Shown here one piece after another: positions 12,033 to 23,065 of a stretch of 64,000 nucleotides of DNA. Numbering within the stretch: the stretch's first letter is position 1; the number at the start of each line of letters is the position of its first letter. Both the position numbers and the translations under genes were made by a program. The stretch is from an uncultured Nitrospiraceae bacterium (GTDB lineage Bacteria > Nitrospirota > Thermodesulfovibrionia > Thermodesulfovibrionales > SM23-35), in contig CAVSHB010000001.1 in the NCBI GenBank assembly GCA_963727775.1, forward strand, positions 992,001 through 1,056,000, in the 5' to 3' direction. The notes beneath the pieces are model-generated. The model worked only from the letters and a program-made list of their open reading frames with translations. It was not told the origin of the DNA and did not search any database.

Positions 12033-13415
12033 TCACGCGCCCCCACCCAGCACTTTATAGAGTGTCACCAAATTGGTGAGACGGGAGAGACGAACCTCGA
12101 CCAGACCCTGTTGCGCACTGTAAAGTGAGCGTTGCGAATCCAGGACATTCAGGTAGCTTGCTATACCTTTTTCGTAGCGTGCTCGCGATAAGCGATAGCT
12201 CGCCGCCGTTGCATCCGTCAGAGACTGATGAGCTTCCAGTTGATTGCCAAGGGTGCCATGCTGCGCAAGGGCATCGGCTACTTCCCTGAACGCGCCCTGG
12301 ATGGTCTTCTCATATTGGGCCAGGAAGATTTCACGATCGTCTTCACTCACTTTCAGGTTGGCCCGGTTTCGCCCCGCATCGAAAATCGGCAGGGTAATTT
12401 GAGGAGCAAAGCTCCATGCCCGGGATGAGCCATTGAAGAGTCCAGATAGCTGCTCGCTCGAAATACCGATGCTCGTCGTGAGGGTGATGCTCGGGAAAAA
12501 AGCAGCACGTGCCGCGCCTATGTTGGCATTGGCGGCCTTGAGCAGGTGTTCTGCCTGCATGATGTCTGGACGTCGCTGCAGCACCTCAGACGGCAACCCT
12601 GCACTGAGTTCTTTGAGTGCTGTAATATCACTAAGCCCGGAAGGCAGAAGATCCGCTGGGACCGGCACGCCAATAACGCGCGCTATCGCGTTTTCGTCCT
12701 GGGCCACCTGGCTAGTGAAGCGGGCGATGTCCACCCGCGCTGACTCAACGCTGGTCTGGGCCTGACGGAGATCAAGCTCAGAGGAGGCGCCGGCTTCAAA
12801 ACGGCGCTTGATGAGGTTATATGACGCCTGCTGGCTATCGAAAGTGTCATGCGCAATCTTCAGGTGCTCTTTATCGGCGGCCAGGGCAAGATAGCTGCTC
12901 GCGACCTCGGCCACCAGGCTGATCTGCACGCTGCGTCGCGCCTCTTCAGTGGCGAAAAATTCCTCGAGTGCCTGGTCCTTAAGACTTCTTACACGGCCGA
13001 AGAGATCGAGCTCGTAAGAGCTGAATCCGAGGTCGATGCTGTATTGATGAAGCGACAGTGACTGTGAAGTGCCGGAGACGCCAGCCGGCTCCCGCTGCAC
13101 CAGCACGCTACCGGCTGCAATAACCGTCGGAAAGAGATCGGCGCGCTGGATACGATACAGTGCCTGCGCCCTCTCGATATTGCGTGCGGCTATTCGAAGG
13201 TCGCGGTTGTTTTCAAGGGCAAGTGCAATCAGCTTTTGCAGCTGTTTATCCATAAAGAATTCTTGCCATGTGACGTCGGTAGCGCTTCGCTCGCCCATCT
13301 TGGCTGCGTTTTCTTTGTAGGCAGCGCCGCTAGGCCATTCGGTCGGAACCGGTGCTGTGGGGCGTGTATATTTTGGAGCCATGCTGGCACAGCTGGAGAA
13401 GACAAGCAACGTCAT
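12033..13415 (-). CDS. OprM/NodT-type RND outer membrane lipoprotein; native start (14887) cut off by ISL3
   Basis: Lipobox-like [27 protein letters not shown]. Removing the IS restores an in-frame N-terminus [30 protein letters not shown]. Confidence 0.9.
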   Translation of the reverse strand: MTLLVFSSCASMAPKYTRPTAPVPTEWPSGAAYKENAAKMGERSATDVTWQEFFMDKQLQKLIALALENNRDLRIAARNIERAQALYRIQRADLFPTVIAAGSVLVQREPAGVSGTSQSLSLHQYSIDLGFSSYELDLFGRVRSLKDQALEEFFATEEARRSVQISLVAEVASSYLALAADKEHLKIAHDTFDSQQASYNLIKRRFEAGASSELDLRQAQTSVESARVDIARFTSQVAQDENAIARVIGVPVPADLLPSGLSDITALKELSAGLPSEVLQRRPDIMQAEHLLKAANANIGAARAAFFPSITLTTSIGISSEQLSGLFNGSSRAWSFAPQITLPIFDAGRNRANLKVSEDDREIFLAQYEKTIQGAFREVADALAQHGTLGNQLEAHQSLTDATAASYRLSRARYEKGIASYLNVLDSQRSLYSAQQGLVEVRLSRLTNLVTLYKVLGGGA

Positions 13416-13489
13416 GGCAACGGCTCCTCCGCGTAGTCCTATTCTCTGATTTTCCTTTCGTCTCGATCTTATTGCATTACTAAATATTT

Positions 13490-14875
13490 GGGTTCATTCG
13501 TAGAAAAGTTGAAATCAGAGTGAAAGGGTAGGAAGAGTAAGAACAGTAGCCAAGAAAGAGAGATGCATCGAATTTCTGCCGTAGCTGGTATAGTTTTGTT
13601 GCGAAGACAAAACACGACCAAGGAGAAATTCGATGCAATTAGATAGTGTCACGGAACTGCTGGGAATTGCAAACTTTAAAGTGGCTTATATGGTACGTCA
13701 CAGGGAAAGCAGGATAGATTTGGTATTAAGACGTATAGAGGAAAAGCCCTGTGTCTGCTCAGGATGCGGGAAAGTACACCATAGCCCTGTTCACAGCATC
13801 GATACCATTATCGTAGAGGATCTGCCCATAAGCGGTAAGCGAGTGTTCCTGCATGTACCGAAGCGGAGATCGCTCTGTTATGAAGATGAAAGAATCAGGA
13901 CCGAAGAGCTTGCATGGCTGAGGGGGAGGGTCACCCTGAGATTTGCAGAACAAATCTATCGGCTGACTTCTATCACTACAAACAAGGAAGCTGGCTGGTT
14001 TCTGGGGTTGGATGACGAGAAGGTATATCGGATAGACAAAGGCATGCTTGAAGAACTATCGTTACAGCGACTTGAGAAGATTATACCTCCCCGGCATATG
14101 AGTGTTGATGAAGTAGCGTGGCAGAAGTGGCATAAGTACGTCACGAATGTTATCGATATCGATAAACGGAAGGTCATTTGGAATCACGAAGGCCGTGGCA
14201 AAACAGTCCTGGATAAGTTCTATCGAAAGATAGGCAAGAAGGGATGCGGCAAAATACAGGCTGTAGCCAGTGATGGCGCCCGAGGGTTTCTGTCATCCTC
14301 AAAAGAGCATCTGAAAAAGGCCCTGATCGTACTGGACCATTTTCACGTAAAGAAGTATCTTAACGACGCGGTTGATACTGTCAGGAAAGAGGAACTGAGG
14401 AAGGCCCGGCAACAGGAGAATGAAGAGGTGACTGCAATCCTGCATTGCAACAAGCGATTTATCCTGATGCAGAACACGGTGACGGATAAGAAAACAGATA
14501 TCCTGAAGAAGCTCGAATCGTTAAACGAAAGAGTCTATCAGGCAATGCTCCTCAAAGAACAGTTTCTCTCGGTTTATGCCGCAGGTAACCGGAAGGATGC
14601 CTATACGAATCTGAGGGCATGGATCGTGGCGGCAATAAAGTCCCGGATACCATCATTTGTTGAGCTTGGATACAAGTTCTTCAGGAAACGGCATTATGTC
14701 CTGAATTACTTTGTATGCAAAATAACGTCCGCCATATCGGAAGGAATCAATAATAAGATAAAGAGGTTAAAGCGCATGGCTTACGGCTACAGAAACGTCA
14801 ACTACTTCTTGCTCAAGATACATCAGCATTGCGGACTGCTAAGCCCTAAGCTTTCAACTTAAACACGAAAGAAGG
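13490..14875 (+). mobile_element. ISL3 family insertion sequence
   Basis: 8-bp TSD AAATATTT at 13482-13489 and 14876-14883; imperfect terminal IRs GGTTCATTCGTAGAAAAGTTGAAA and (rc) CCTTCTTTCGTGTTTAAGTTGAAA. Confidence 0.9.
13633..14862 (+). CDS. ISL3 family transposase
   Basis: CxxC zinc finger, SVDE, ASD, LDHFHV, SEGINNKIKRLKRMAYGYRN. Confidence 0.95.
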   Translation: MQLDSVTELLGIANFKVAYMVRHRESRIDLVLRRIEEKPCVCSGCGKVHHSPVHSIDTIIVEDLPISGKRVFLHVPKRRSLCYEDERIRTEELAWLRGRVTLRFAEQIYRLTSITTNKEAGWFLGLDDEKVYRIDKGMLEELSLQRLEKIIPPRHMSVDEVAWQKWHKYVTNVIDIDKRKVIWNHEGRGKTVLDKFYRKIGKKGCGKIQAVASDGARGFLSSSKEHLKKALIVLDHFHVKKYLNDAVDTVRKEELRKARQQENEEVTAILHCNKRFILMQNTVTDKKTDILKKLESLNERVYQAMLLKEQFLSVYAAGNRKDAYTNLRAWIVAAIKSRIPSFVELGYKFFRKRHYVLNYFVCKITSAISEGINNKIKRLKRMAYGYRNVNYFLLKIHQHCGLLSPKLST

Positions 14876-14888
14876 AAATATTTTCATA

Positions 14889-17800
14889 TCACTGTTCCTC
14901 CGCAGGAGTAGCAAGAGCAGGTGCAGCCGCCGGCTGTTTGTATTTTTTCCAGCCGAAGATCCTCGACACCATCACAAAGAAAAACGGAATGAAGAACAAG
15001 TCGATGAAAGTGGCCGAGAGCAACCCGCCGGTGACTGCTGTGCCGATGGCGTTCTGGGCACCCGCTCCTGCTCCACGAGTCAAGGCCAGCGGCAACGTGC
15101 CAAAGAAGAAGGCCATCGAGGTCATAATTACCGGACGCAGCCTTATCTTCACCGCGGCGAGGGTGGCCTCAATCAGCTCGTGGCCCTCGTGCAACTGCGC
15201 CTTAATGAACTGGATGATCAGTATGGCGTTCTTGGTGGAAAGCCCGACCGTCGTAAGCAGTCCTATCTGGAGATAAACATCATTGGGCAGACCACGCAGA
15301 GTAACCATCGTAACCGCTCCCACTAAGCCCAACGGCAGCATCAACAGGTTGACGAATGGAATAGTCCAGCTCTCGTACAGTGCCGCTACGGCGAGAAACA
15401 CCACCAGGAGTGAGATAGCATAAAGGGCCGGGGCCTGTTTTCCCGCCTTCTTTTCCTCATAGGAAAGGCCGGTCCACTCGTAACCGATGCCGAGCGGAAG
15501 CTGCGCAGCCATCTTTTCCATCTCTGCCATCGCCTCACCGGTGCTCACGCCGGGGGCTGCCTGTCCCATTATCTCCACTGAGGGAATCCCGTTATACCTT
15601 TCCAACCGGGGCGAACCGTATTCCCATCGTGCCGTAGAAAAGGCCGAAAACGGCACCATATCTCCGTTCTTGTTGGTAACATACCAGCCGTTGATATCCT
15701 CCGGCAGCATCCGATACCTGGCATCGGACTGGAGATATACCTTCTTCACCCGGCCGTTCTGGATGAAATCATTGACGTAGGAGCTCCCCCAGGCGGTGGA
15801 CAGCACATTGTTGATATCAGCCAAAGAGACCCCCAGGGCGCCGGCTCGCACGTCATCGATGTCGAGCTTGAACTGAGGAGCGTCGTCCTGACCGTTGGGG
15901 CGGACAGCAATCAGCTTTTTGTCCTGCATCGCCATCCCCAGGAGCTGGTTGCGCGCTCCCATCAGCGCCTGATGTCCCAAGCCCCCGCGGTCCTGTAATT
16001 GGAAGTCGAAGCCGTTCGCCACCCCCAGTTCCAGCACCGCCGGCGGGACAAAGGCGAAGGCGAGTCCGTCCCGGATCCGGGAGAATGCCTTCATCGCCCG
16101 GCCAGCGATAGCAGGCGCCTTCAGGTCCGGTGAATTGCGCAGCTTCCAATCCTTGAGTTTCACCCAAGCAAGTCCCATGTTCTGGCCGCGACCGGCAAAG
16201 CTGAACCCCGCTACGGTGATGATACCCTCCACCGTTTTGGTCTCGTTCTCCAGGAAGTGCCGTTCTATCTGCCGTATCGCTTGGATGGTCCGCTCCTGTG
16301 TGGCTCCGGCCGGGAGCTGGAGCTGGCAGAGGAGGAACCCCTGGTCCTCGTCAGGTAGGAACGAGGTCGGAAGGTGGAGGAAGAGCCAGGCCATGACCAC
16401 GACGATGGCGCCGTATACTACCAGGTAGCGGACCGGCTTCCCAAAGGAACGGCCGACAATTGACTCATATTTACCCCTTCCGCGGTCGAACCATTTGTTG
16501 AACAAACGGAAAAACCCCTTGAACCACCCGGATTCCCCATGCTTGTGCCCCTTTGCCACCGGTTTCAGCAGCATGCCGCACAGGGCCGGAGTCAGGATCA
16601 TTGCCACGAAGACCGACAGGATCATCGCTGAGATGATGGTGATCGAGAACTGGCGGTATATAACACCGGTGGAGCCGCTGAAGAAGGCCATCGGCAGAAA
16701 GACCGCTGTCAGGACGGTGGCGATGCCCCATAGAGCGCTGGTGATCTGCCCCATGGACTTGATGGTCGCGTCGTGCGGCGACAGTCCTTCCTCGGACATG
16801 ATCCGTTCAACGTTCTCGACGACGACGATGGCGTCATCCACCAAAAAAGGCCGATGACTATAACCAGGGCGAACATGGTTAGTGTGTTTATCGAAAAACC
16901 CGCGGCTGCCAGAACGCCCATTGTGCCCAAAAGCACTACCGGCACCGCGATGGTTGGGATCAAGGTGGCCCGGATGTTCTGGAGGAAAAGGAACATGACG
17001 ATGAAGACCAGGAAGACAGCCTCGACCAGGGTATCGACCACCTCCGCGATCGAGATCTTGACGAATGGAGTGGTGTCGTAAGGGTAGACGACTTTCATCC
17101 CGGGAGGGAAATATTTCGACAGCTCTGCCATCTTGGCCTTGACCCGTTCGCCGGTCTCCAGTGCGTTGGCTCCGGCTGCCAGCCGGATTGCCATGCCCCC
17201 GATGGGTTTTCCGTTGTAGTAAGACTGGATCTCGTAGTTCTCGGTGCCGATCCTGCTCTCGGACACATCCTTCAGCCGGACCGTCGACCCGTCGGGGTTG
17301 GTGCGCAGGATGATGACATCGAACTGGTCCGCTGTCTGGAGCAGAGACCGGGCGTTGATCGTGGCGTTCAACTGCTGGCCCTTGTTTGCAGGGACAGCGC
17401 CAAACTGGCTAGCCGAGACCTGGACATCCTGGGCCTGGAGTGCCGTGATCACGTCGTTGGTGGTGAGATGGTAATTGTTTAACTTGGCTGGGTCGAGCCA
17501 GATCCTCATAGCGTTCTGGGTTCCGAAGAGGAGCAACTCACCGACCCCGTCCAAACGGCTAATGATGTCCTGGAGATTCGAGACCATGTAGTCGGTCAGG
17601 GCGTTCCGGTCCATCGAGCCGTCCTCCGACACCAAACCAACGATCATCAGGTAGTTCCTGGTCGACTTGACTACCTGGATGCCCTGTCGCTGCACGATCT
17701 GCGGGAGGAGCGGCACAGCGAGCTGCAACTTGTTCTGCACCTGCACCTGGGCTATGTTTGGGTCGGTGCCGGCGCTAAAGGTCAGAGTGATGCTGACCGC

Positions 17801-18058
17801 TCCAGACGAGTCGCTGGTGGAGGCCATGTAGATCAGGTTGTCGATCCCGTTCAGCTTCTGTTCGATAACCTGGGTTACGGTATCCTGCACTGTCTGGGCC
17901 GAGGCCCCCGGGTATACGGCGTTGATGGCGATCTGCGGCGGAGCGATAGGAGGATACTGGGAGATCGGCAGCGTCTTGATCGCCAACAGACCGGCAAGCA
18001 TGATCATGATGGCGATCACGATTGCGAAGATCGGACGATTTATGAAGAATCTTGGCAC
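14889..18058 (-). pseudogene. HAE1/AcrB-MexB type RND efflux permease, frameshifted
   Basis: Two overlapping ORFs (16709-18058 and 14889-16844) are the AcrB halves. An A6 run at 16843-16848 sits where IGLLVDDAIV needs four T on the coding strand. Confidence 0.9.
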
Positions 18059-18070
18059 GAAGCGTCTCCT

Positions 18071-19294
18071 CTATCTCTTCGCTGCTGCTGCTTGCGGTGC
18101 ACCGGCAGGGCTTCCATCCGCCTTGCTGACGAACGAAACCGCCTTGACGGGCGTTCCAGGGCGGGCCTTCTGTATTCCTTCCAGGATGACACGGTCACCC
18201 GCCTTCAGTCCTTCACTGACCAGCCAGTTGTCGCCAATTGTCCGGGACACCTTGATGACCCGAGGCTCCACCTTTTCTTCAGCTCCTACCAACATAACCA
18301 TAGCGTTGCCGGCAGGGTCACGTGTGACCCCCCTCTGCGGAACAAGTATAGCCCGCTCACTAACACCTTCCTCCAGGATGGCGCGGACAAACATACCAGG
18401 CAAAAGGGTCTTCTTCGGGTTAGGGAAGATCGCCCGCATAGTGATAGAGCCGGTGCTCTGGTCCACAGTAACCTCTGAAAACTTCAGAGTGCCCGGCAAT
18501 GGATAGGCGCTGCCGTCCTCCAACAGCAGCTTGACATGCGCCTGGGCTGACCCGTTGCTTTTTAGCAAGCCGCTGGCCAGACTCTGCTTCAGACGCAGTA
18601 GTTCGGAGCTGGATTGGGTGACATCCACATAAATGGGGCTGAGTTCTTGGATGGTCGCAAGCGGTGCAGACTGGCTTGCGGTCACGAGAGCGCCGTTGGT
18701 CACTGATGAGCGGCCGATTCGCCCGGAGATGGGAGCAGTAACCTTGGTATAGGCCAGGTTAATCCGGGCGGTCTCGAGTGCTGCATTGCCGGCCTCTACA
18801 TCGGCCTCGGCCAGCTTGAGTGCCGCGCTTGCATCGTCATAGTCTTGCTGACTGACAGCGTTGATTTTAACCAGGTCCTTATATCGCTCGGCCTTAAGCC
18901 GGGCGGGAATAATATTGGCCTCAGCCCTGGCAAGCGCTGCCCTTGCACTATCGTAGGCCGCTTGGTAGATGGCAGGGTCGATCTGATATAGCACCTCTCC
19001 CGCTTTGACGTCCGCACCTTCAGTAAACAGACGTTTCTGTATGATGCCCCCTACCTGCGGCCGCACTTCAGCAATGAGGTAGGCAGAAGTCCGGCCAGCG
19101 AGTTCCGTTGTAAGCGCCACGCGTTGCGGCTTTATAGTGACGACTCCAACTTCGGGCGGCGTGTTCTGCCCCTTTGCGACTGCGGTGCTCTGTTTTCCGC
19201 ACCCTGTCAAAATTAGGTATACGGCCAAAATACCCATGCCAAGCATGAGTTTGCCTCTGCCATTGGTTTGCTTGTAAATCTCTGCGAATGTCAT
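18071..19294 (-). CDS. RND periplasmic adaptor (AcrA/MexA-like)
   Basis: Lipobox LTGC, EVRPQVGGII, APISGRIG, VDQSTGS. Confidence 0.95.
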   Translation of the reverse strand: MTFAEIYKQTNGRGKLMLGMGILAVYLILTGCGKQSTAVAKGQNTPPEVGVVTIKPQRVALTTELAGRTSAYLIAEVRPQVGGIIQKRLFTEGADVKAGEVLYQIDPAIYQAAYDSARAALARAEANIIPARLKAERYKDLVKINAVSQQDYDDASAALKLAEADVEAGNAALETARINLAYTKVTAPISGRIGRSSVTNGALVTASQSAPLATIQELSPIYVDVTQSSSELLRLKQSLASGLLKSNGSAQAHVKLLLEDGSAYPLPGTLKFSEVTVDQSTGSITMRAIFPNPKKTLLPGMFVRAILEEGVSERAILVPQRGVTRDPAGNAMVMLVGAEEKVEPRVIKVSRTIGDNWLVSEGLKAGDRVILEGIQKARPGTPVKAVSFVSKADGSPAGAPQAAAAKR

Positions 19295-19393
19295 GTCAGG
19301 TTTCTCCTGTTTCTGAAAGATGTAACTAACCGGTAATTTATGTGATCTTCATTGATCATTTCTGCTTTCGGGTGATTAAGAGGCCTACGAAAA

Positions 19394-20002
19394 TTACTTC
19401 TGGTAACCTCTCAGCAATGCATCGACTAGTGAGCGGGCAATAACATCACTCCTCTTATTGAAAAAATCCGGCCGATATAAAAGCATTGTTACAAGCCCAT
19501 GAGATGCAGTTGCCAAGACGGGCGCAATCACGTCCTCATCGAGCTCCCGTAGTCGCCTTGCCTTAATGCAGTCCCGAATCATTTCCTTGAATACGAGATG
19601 GGTGTTTCGGGCCATCGATTCCTGTTCAATAAATTCACCCATTGTTCCATAAACACTCTTTGTAAAAAAAATTACCTTATATTGATTTGGGTGCTTCAGC
19701 CCAAACTCTATGAGATAGAGAAAAGCTTGACGAAGGGTCTCGATCGGATCTTGAGAAACCGATCTGATTCGCTTCAACTCAGCGAAAAAATGCGCGAAGA
19801 ACTCTTCACAAATGGCAAAGAGCAGATCATCTTTGTTCTTGAAATAGATATAAATCGTAGTCGGAGAGTAGTCTATTTTTTCGGCGAGTTTTCGCATAGA
19901 GAATCCATCGTACCCGTCATTTATGAATATCTCTCGGGCCGAATCTAGAATCTCCCTTCGAAACTCCTCTTTGCGCTTTGCCCGCTTTTCTATAACTCCC
20001 AT
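19394..20002 (-). CDS. TetR/AcrR family regulator of the efflux operon
   Basis: HTH FSMRKLAEKIDYSPTTIYIYFKNKDDL. Start taken at ATG 20002 (AGGA RBS); the ORF track extends to 20038. Confidence 0.92.
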   Translation of the reverse strand: MGVIEKRAKRKEEFRREILDSAREIFINDGYDGFSMRKLAEKIDYSPTTIYIYFKNKDDLLFAICEEFFAHFFAELKRIRSVSQDPIETLRQAFLYLIEFGLKHPNQYKVIFFTKSVYGTMGEFIEQESMARNTHLVFKEMIRDCIKARRLRELDEDVIAPVLATASHGLVTMLLYRPDFFNKRSDVIARSLVDALLRGYQK

Positions 20003-20013
20003 CGATCTTATCC

Positions 20014-20072
20014 TAACATTGTTATGTTGTATTAACACTGTTAATTTAGCAAACCGGGCTGAGCTTTGTCAA
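20014..20072 (-). promoter_or_regulatory. TetR operon promoter with two operator-like palindromes
   Basis: TTGACA (20067-72), 18 nt, then TAAATT preceded by TGn; palindromes ATTAACAcTGTTAAT (20031-45) and TAACAtTGTTA (20014-24). Confidence 0.7.
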
Positions 20073-20324
20073 CCTTGATTTCTATTCGAAGGACTCCCTG
20101 TGCTTCGATCTCGAAAGAGTTCAGTATCGGATAAATGTCTCAATGCGGGTCAATCATTACGAGATGAATTCCCCATTTGTTGTGAAACTGCTCGGCTATA
20201 GGGAGAATTTAACGTCAGCGCCGATTTCCCGATTCTGAGGAGTAGAAACGGTACTACTCAGATCTCAAGAAGTGAAGCGCGCGTTGATTACAAGGAAGGA
20301 ATTGATCATCTTGCGATATTGAAA

Positions 20325-20927
20325 CTACGTCTTCTGCTTACTTCTGCGAGAGGCTTTCATCTTTTCACTGCCCTTATCCGCGTTCGCCTTCGCCTTAGAA
20401 GAGTATAGGAGGGTACGCATTAGTCCTGTTCTGTTATCAACACCTGTTTTTATATAAATGTTGCTCAGATGGTCCTTTACGGTTTGCTCAGATATCTCAA
20501 GATCCTCAGCAATTTCAATTTTTTTACGGCCGTCAAGAACTCTTCTAAGAATATCGTTTTCTCGCCTCGACAGCCTGAACTGTTGTCGGACTTCGTCCAT
20601 GTTCAGCTTATTGGAAATGGTTTCTTCAATAATGACAAGATAGATAATTGGATCCGGTTTATCGTAAGTATAGATCCTGAATATCCAATGGCTCGGGGAA
20701 CCTCTGAATTTCTTTGTGAAACATATTTCTCCGGGGAATAGTTCGTTTAATCTCCCGCTGTCGATGGCATCGAATATCCTGTTTTTGATAATTGTTATTT
20801 CAGCGGGAAGATCGAACCGGCCAAGAAAGCTGGTTGCCTTTTTGTTCGTGTAAAAAATGCTCTTTCGATTGAAGATTATCAGACCTATGGGGAGTTTTTT
20901 CAGAATAAACTCTATCTCTTCGTTCAT
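20325..20927 (-). CDS. LuxR-type HTH regulator with PAS-like N-terminus
   Basis: LSRRENDIL..G.KKIEIAEDLEISEQTVKDHLSNIYIK. Confidence 0.88.
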   Translation of the reverse strand: MNEEIEFILKKLPIGLIIFNRKSIFYTNKKATSFLGRFDLPAEITIIKNRIFDAIDSGRLNELFPGEICFTKKFRGSPSHWIFRIYTYDKPDPIIYLVIIEETISNKLNMDEVRQQFRLSRRENDILRRVLDGRKKIEIAEDLEISEQTVKDHLSNIYIKTGVDNRTGLMRTLLYSSKAKANADKGSEKMKASRRSKQKT

Positions 20928-21192
20928 TCTCTTCCTCTCTTTTTTATGTTAACTATATCATTTTCAGGAATGAAAGAAAATGTCTTTTTACGTGAAATAT
21001 GTTCAACCATATTGTGGATTTCTATGTGAACGCATGCGCGGCAAGAAGAGACTGCCAATGCAACAAGGAAGAAATAGAAAAACAAGACACATTTTCTCAG
21101 GTTGTTTATTTTCTCCTGAACTATGGCCTCTGAACTTGAAAATCACTTGCAATGGTGTAAGCTTTTAATAAATACAAGAAAGGAGCAAGGCC

Positions 21193-21576
21193 ATGCAAAA
21201 ACCAACTGGGAAAGCCGACCTGAAGAGTTTCAATAGCCCGGATGAGGTCAGGGTATTTACCAAAGGGAAACTGGAACTGGTAAAGATAGGAGGAGCAACT
21301 ATAGGACGTGCGACCTTGGAGCCTGGATGGAGGTGGTCTACTTCCGTTCAACCGCTGGTGAAAACAAAAAGTTGCGAGGCCCCGCACTTTCAATACCATG
21401 TATCAGGGACACTTAAGGTCGTCATGGATGACGGGATGGCGTTCGAGTGTAAAGCAGGTGATGTGTCCTTATTGCCTGTCGGGCATGACGCCTGGGTAAT
21501 CGGCAATGAACCCGTTGTCATCGTAGATTTTCAGGGCATGATAGATTATGCAAAGGAGTCCCCTATCCAAAAATAA
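21193..21576 (+). CDS. Cupin domain protein
   Basis: EPGWRWS, CEAPHFQYHVSG, GHDAWV; AAGGAG RBS. Confidence 0.85.
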   Translation: MQKPTGKADLKSFNSPDEVRVFTKGKLELVKIGGATIGRATLEPGWRWSTSVQPLVKTKSCEAPHFQYHVSGTLKVVMDDGMAFECKAGDVSLLPVGHDAWVIGNEPVVIVDFQGMIDYAKESPIQK

Positions 21577-21753
21577 AAAGGGTTATGGGGTTCAATTAAG
21601 ATGCCTTATCCGTGCCGCATGATCGGCTTTTATGCAACGTTAAGGATTATCTCTGTTATCCATTACCAGTTGTACTCAAGACAATTATGTCATGCATGAA
21701 AGGCGTGTGATACGGGAAACGTTTATGCTGCGATATTTACTTCATGCCAATAT

Positions 21754-21996
21754 TTACTTTTTAAGCTTCTTGGATAAATAGACACGGAGGGGATATTTAC
21801 AAAGATGCATAAGGCCAAACGCAAAAGAAAATTGACAGGATAGTGGGTTTTTTTCAAGACATTCAAGGAATGATTCTACCCCAATGTCTTTTGCTCTGCA
21901 AAGCTTTTTAAGTCCTGATGCGTAGCATATAAAATCTTTTGGGCATTTCAGTCCGGCAATGATTTTTTCTATTTCGCGTTTACTTTTTATTTCCAT
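21754..21996 (-). CDS. Small Cys-rich hypothetical protein
   Basis: CPKDFIC...C...C...CQFSFAFG...CKYPLR; same pattern as 26466-26696. Confidence 0.7.
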   Translation of the reverse strand: MEIKSKREIEKIIAGLKCPKDFICYASGLKKLCRAKDIGVESFLECLEKNPLSCQFSFAFGLMHLCKYPLRVYLSKKLKK

Positions 21997-22103
21997 ATGG
22001 ATTCTTCTTTGTTACCGAATCAGTTGCCCCCGCAGCCATAACTGAAGCTCTTACCGCACTAATAACATATAAACGGGACGATTTCACACTTGACGGGTAA
22101 CTT

Positions 22104-23039
22104 TTAGTCCTTGAAAAGTTCGGTGCTCAGGTAGCGCTCGCCTGTGCTGGGTAAAATCACGACAATCTGCTTCCCTCTGTTTTCGGTCCGCCGGGCTATT
22201 TCGATGGCCGCCCAGACTGCCGCACCCGAGGAGATGCCGCATAAAATTCCTTCCAGTTTGGCCACTGCTCTTGCGGTCTCAAAGGCTTGATCGTTCGTAA
22301 CAGTAATTATTTCATCAATGATTCCAACGTTCATAGCCTTTGGAATGAACCCGGCGCCTATCCCCTGGATCTTGTGAGGTCCCGGTTTGCCGCCGGACAA
22401 CACAGGTGAATCTGCGGGTTCCACCGCTACGGCCTTAAAGGACGGTTTACGACTTTTGATTACTTCCGATATCCCTGTAATAGTCCCGCCGGTCCCTACA
22501 CCGGCTACCAGGATATCTACATTTCCATCTGTATCCCGCCAGATCTCTTCCGCAGTTGTCCGGCGATGGATTTCGGCATTCGCCGGATTGCTGAATTGAT
22601 CCGGTATATAACTGTTCGGCGTTTGTGAGAGGATCTCCCGTGCCTTGTTTATAGCCCCTTTCATCCCTTCACTGCCGGGTGTGAGAATGAGTTCAGCCCC
22701 AAGGTGTTTGAGAAGCTTCCTTCTTTCCATGCTCATAGTTTCGGGCATGGTCAGTACAATACGGTATTTATTGACAGCACATGCGAAAGCAAGCGCTACG
22801 CCGGTATTACCGCTTGTGGGTTCTATGATTACAGTATCCTTATTAATAAGGCCCTGTGCTTCTGCCGCCCTGATCATTGCAAGACCGATCCTGTCTTTTA
22901 CGCTACCCAGCGGGTTTTTCAATTCCAGCTTGGCGAGAACAGTCGCGTGCAAGCCTTTTGTAAGCCAGTTAAGCTTTACTAAAGGCGTGCTTCCTATAGT
23001 GTGAGTAATATCAGAAAATATTTTGCCCATTTTCTCCAC
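22104..23039 (-). CDS. cysK: Cysteine synthase A
   Basis: SVKDR (PLP lysine), [22 protein letters not shown]. Confidence 0.96.
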   Translation of the reverse strand: MEKMGKIFSDITHTIGSTPLVKLNWLTKGLHATVLAKLELKNPLGSVKDRIGLAMIRAAEAQGLINKDTVIIEPTSGNTGVALAFACAVNKYRIVLTMPETMSMERRKLLKHLGAELILTPGSEGMKGAINKAREILSQTPNSYIPDQFSNPANAEIHRRTTAEEIWRDTDGNVDILVAGVGTGGTITGISEVIKSRKPSFKAVAVEPADSPVLSGGKPGPHKIQGIGAGFIPKAMNVGIIDEIITVTNDQAFETARAVAKLEGILCGISSGAAVWAAIEIARRTENRGKQIVVILPSTGERYLSTELFKD

Positions 23040-23065
23040 AAATCAAATACATTTCAAGAACATAT

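Noticed and set aside
16843..16848. Programmed ribosomal frameshift in the RND gene
   Set aside because: I know of no precedent for HAE1 pumps, and the second lesion in the operon favours decay or error.
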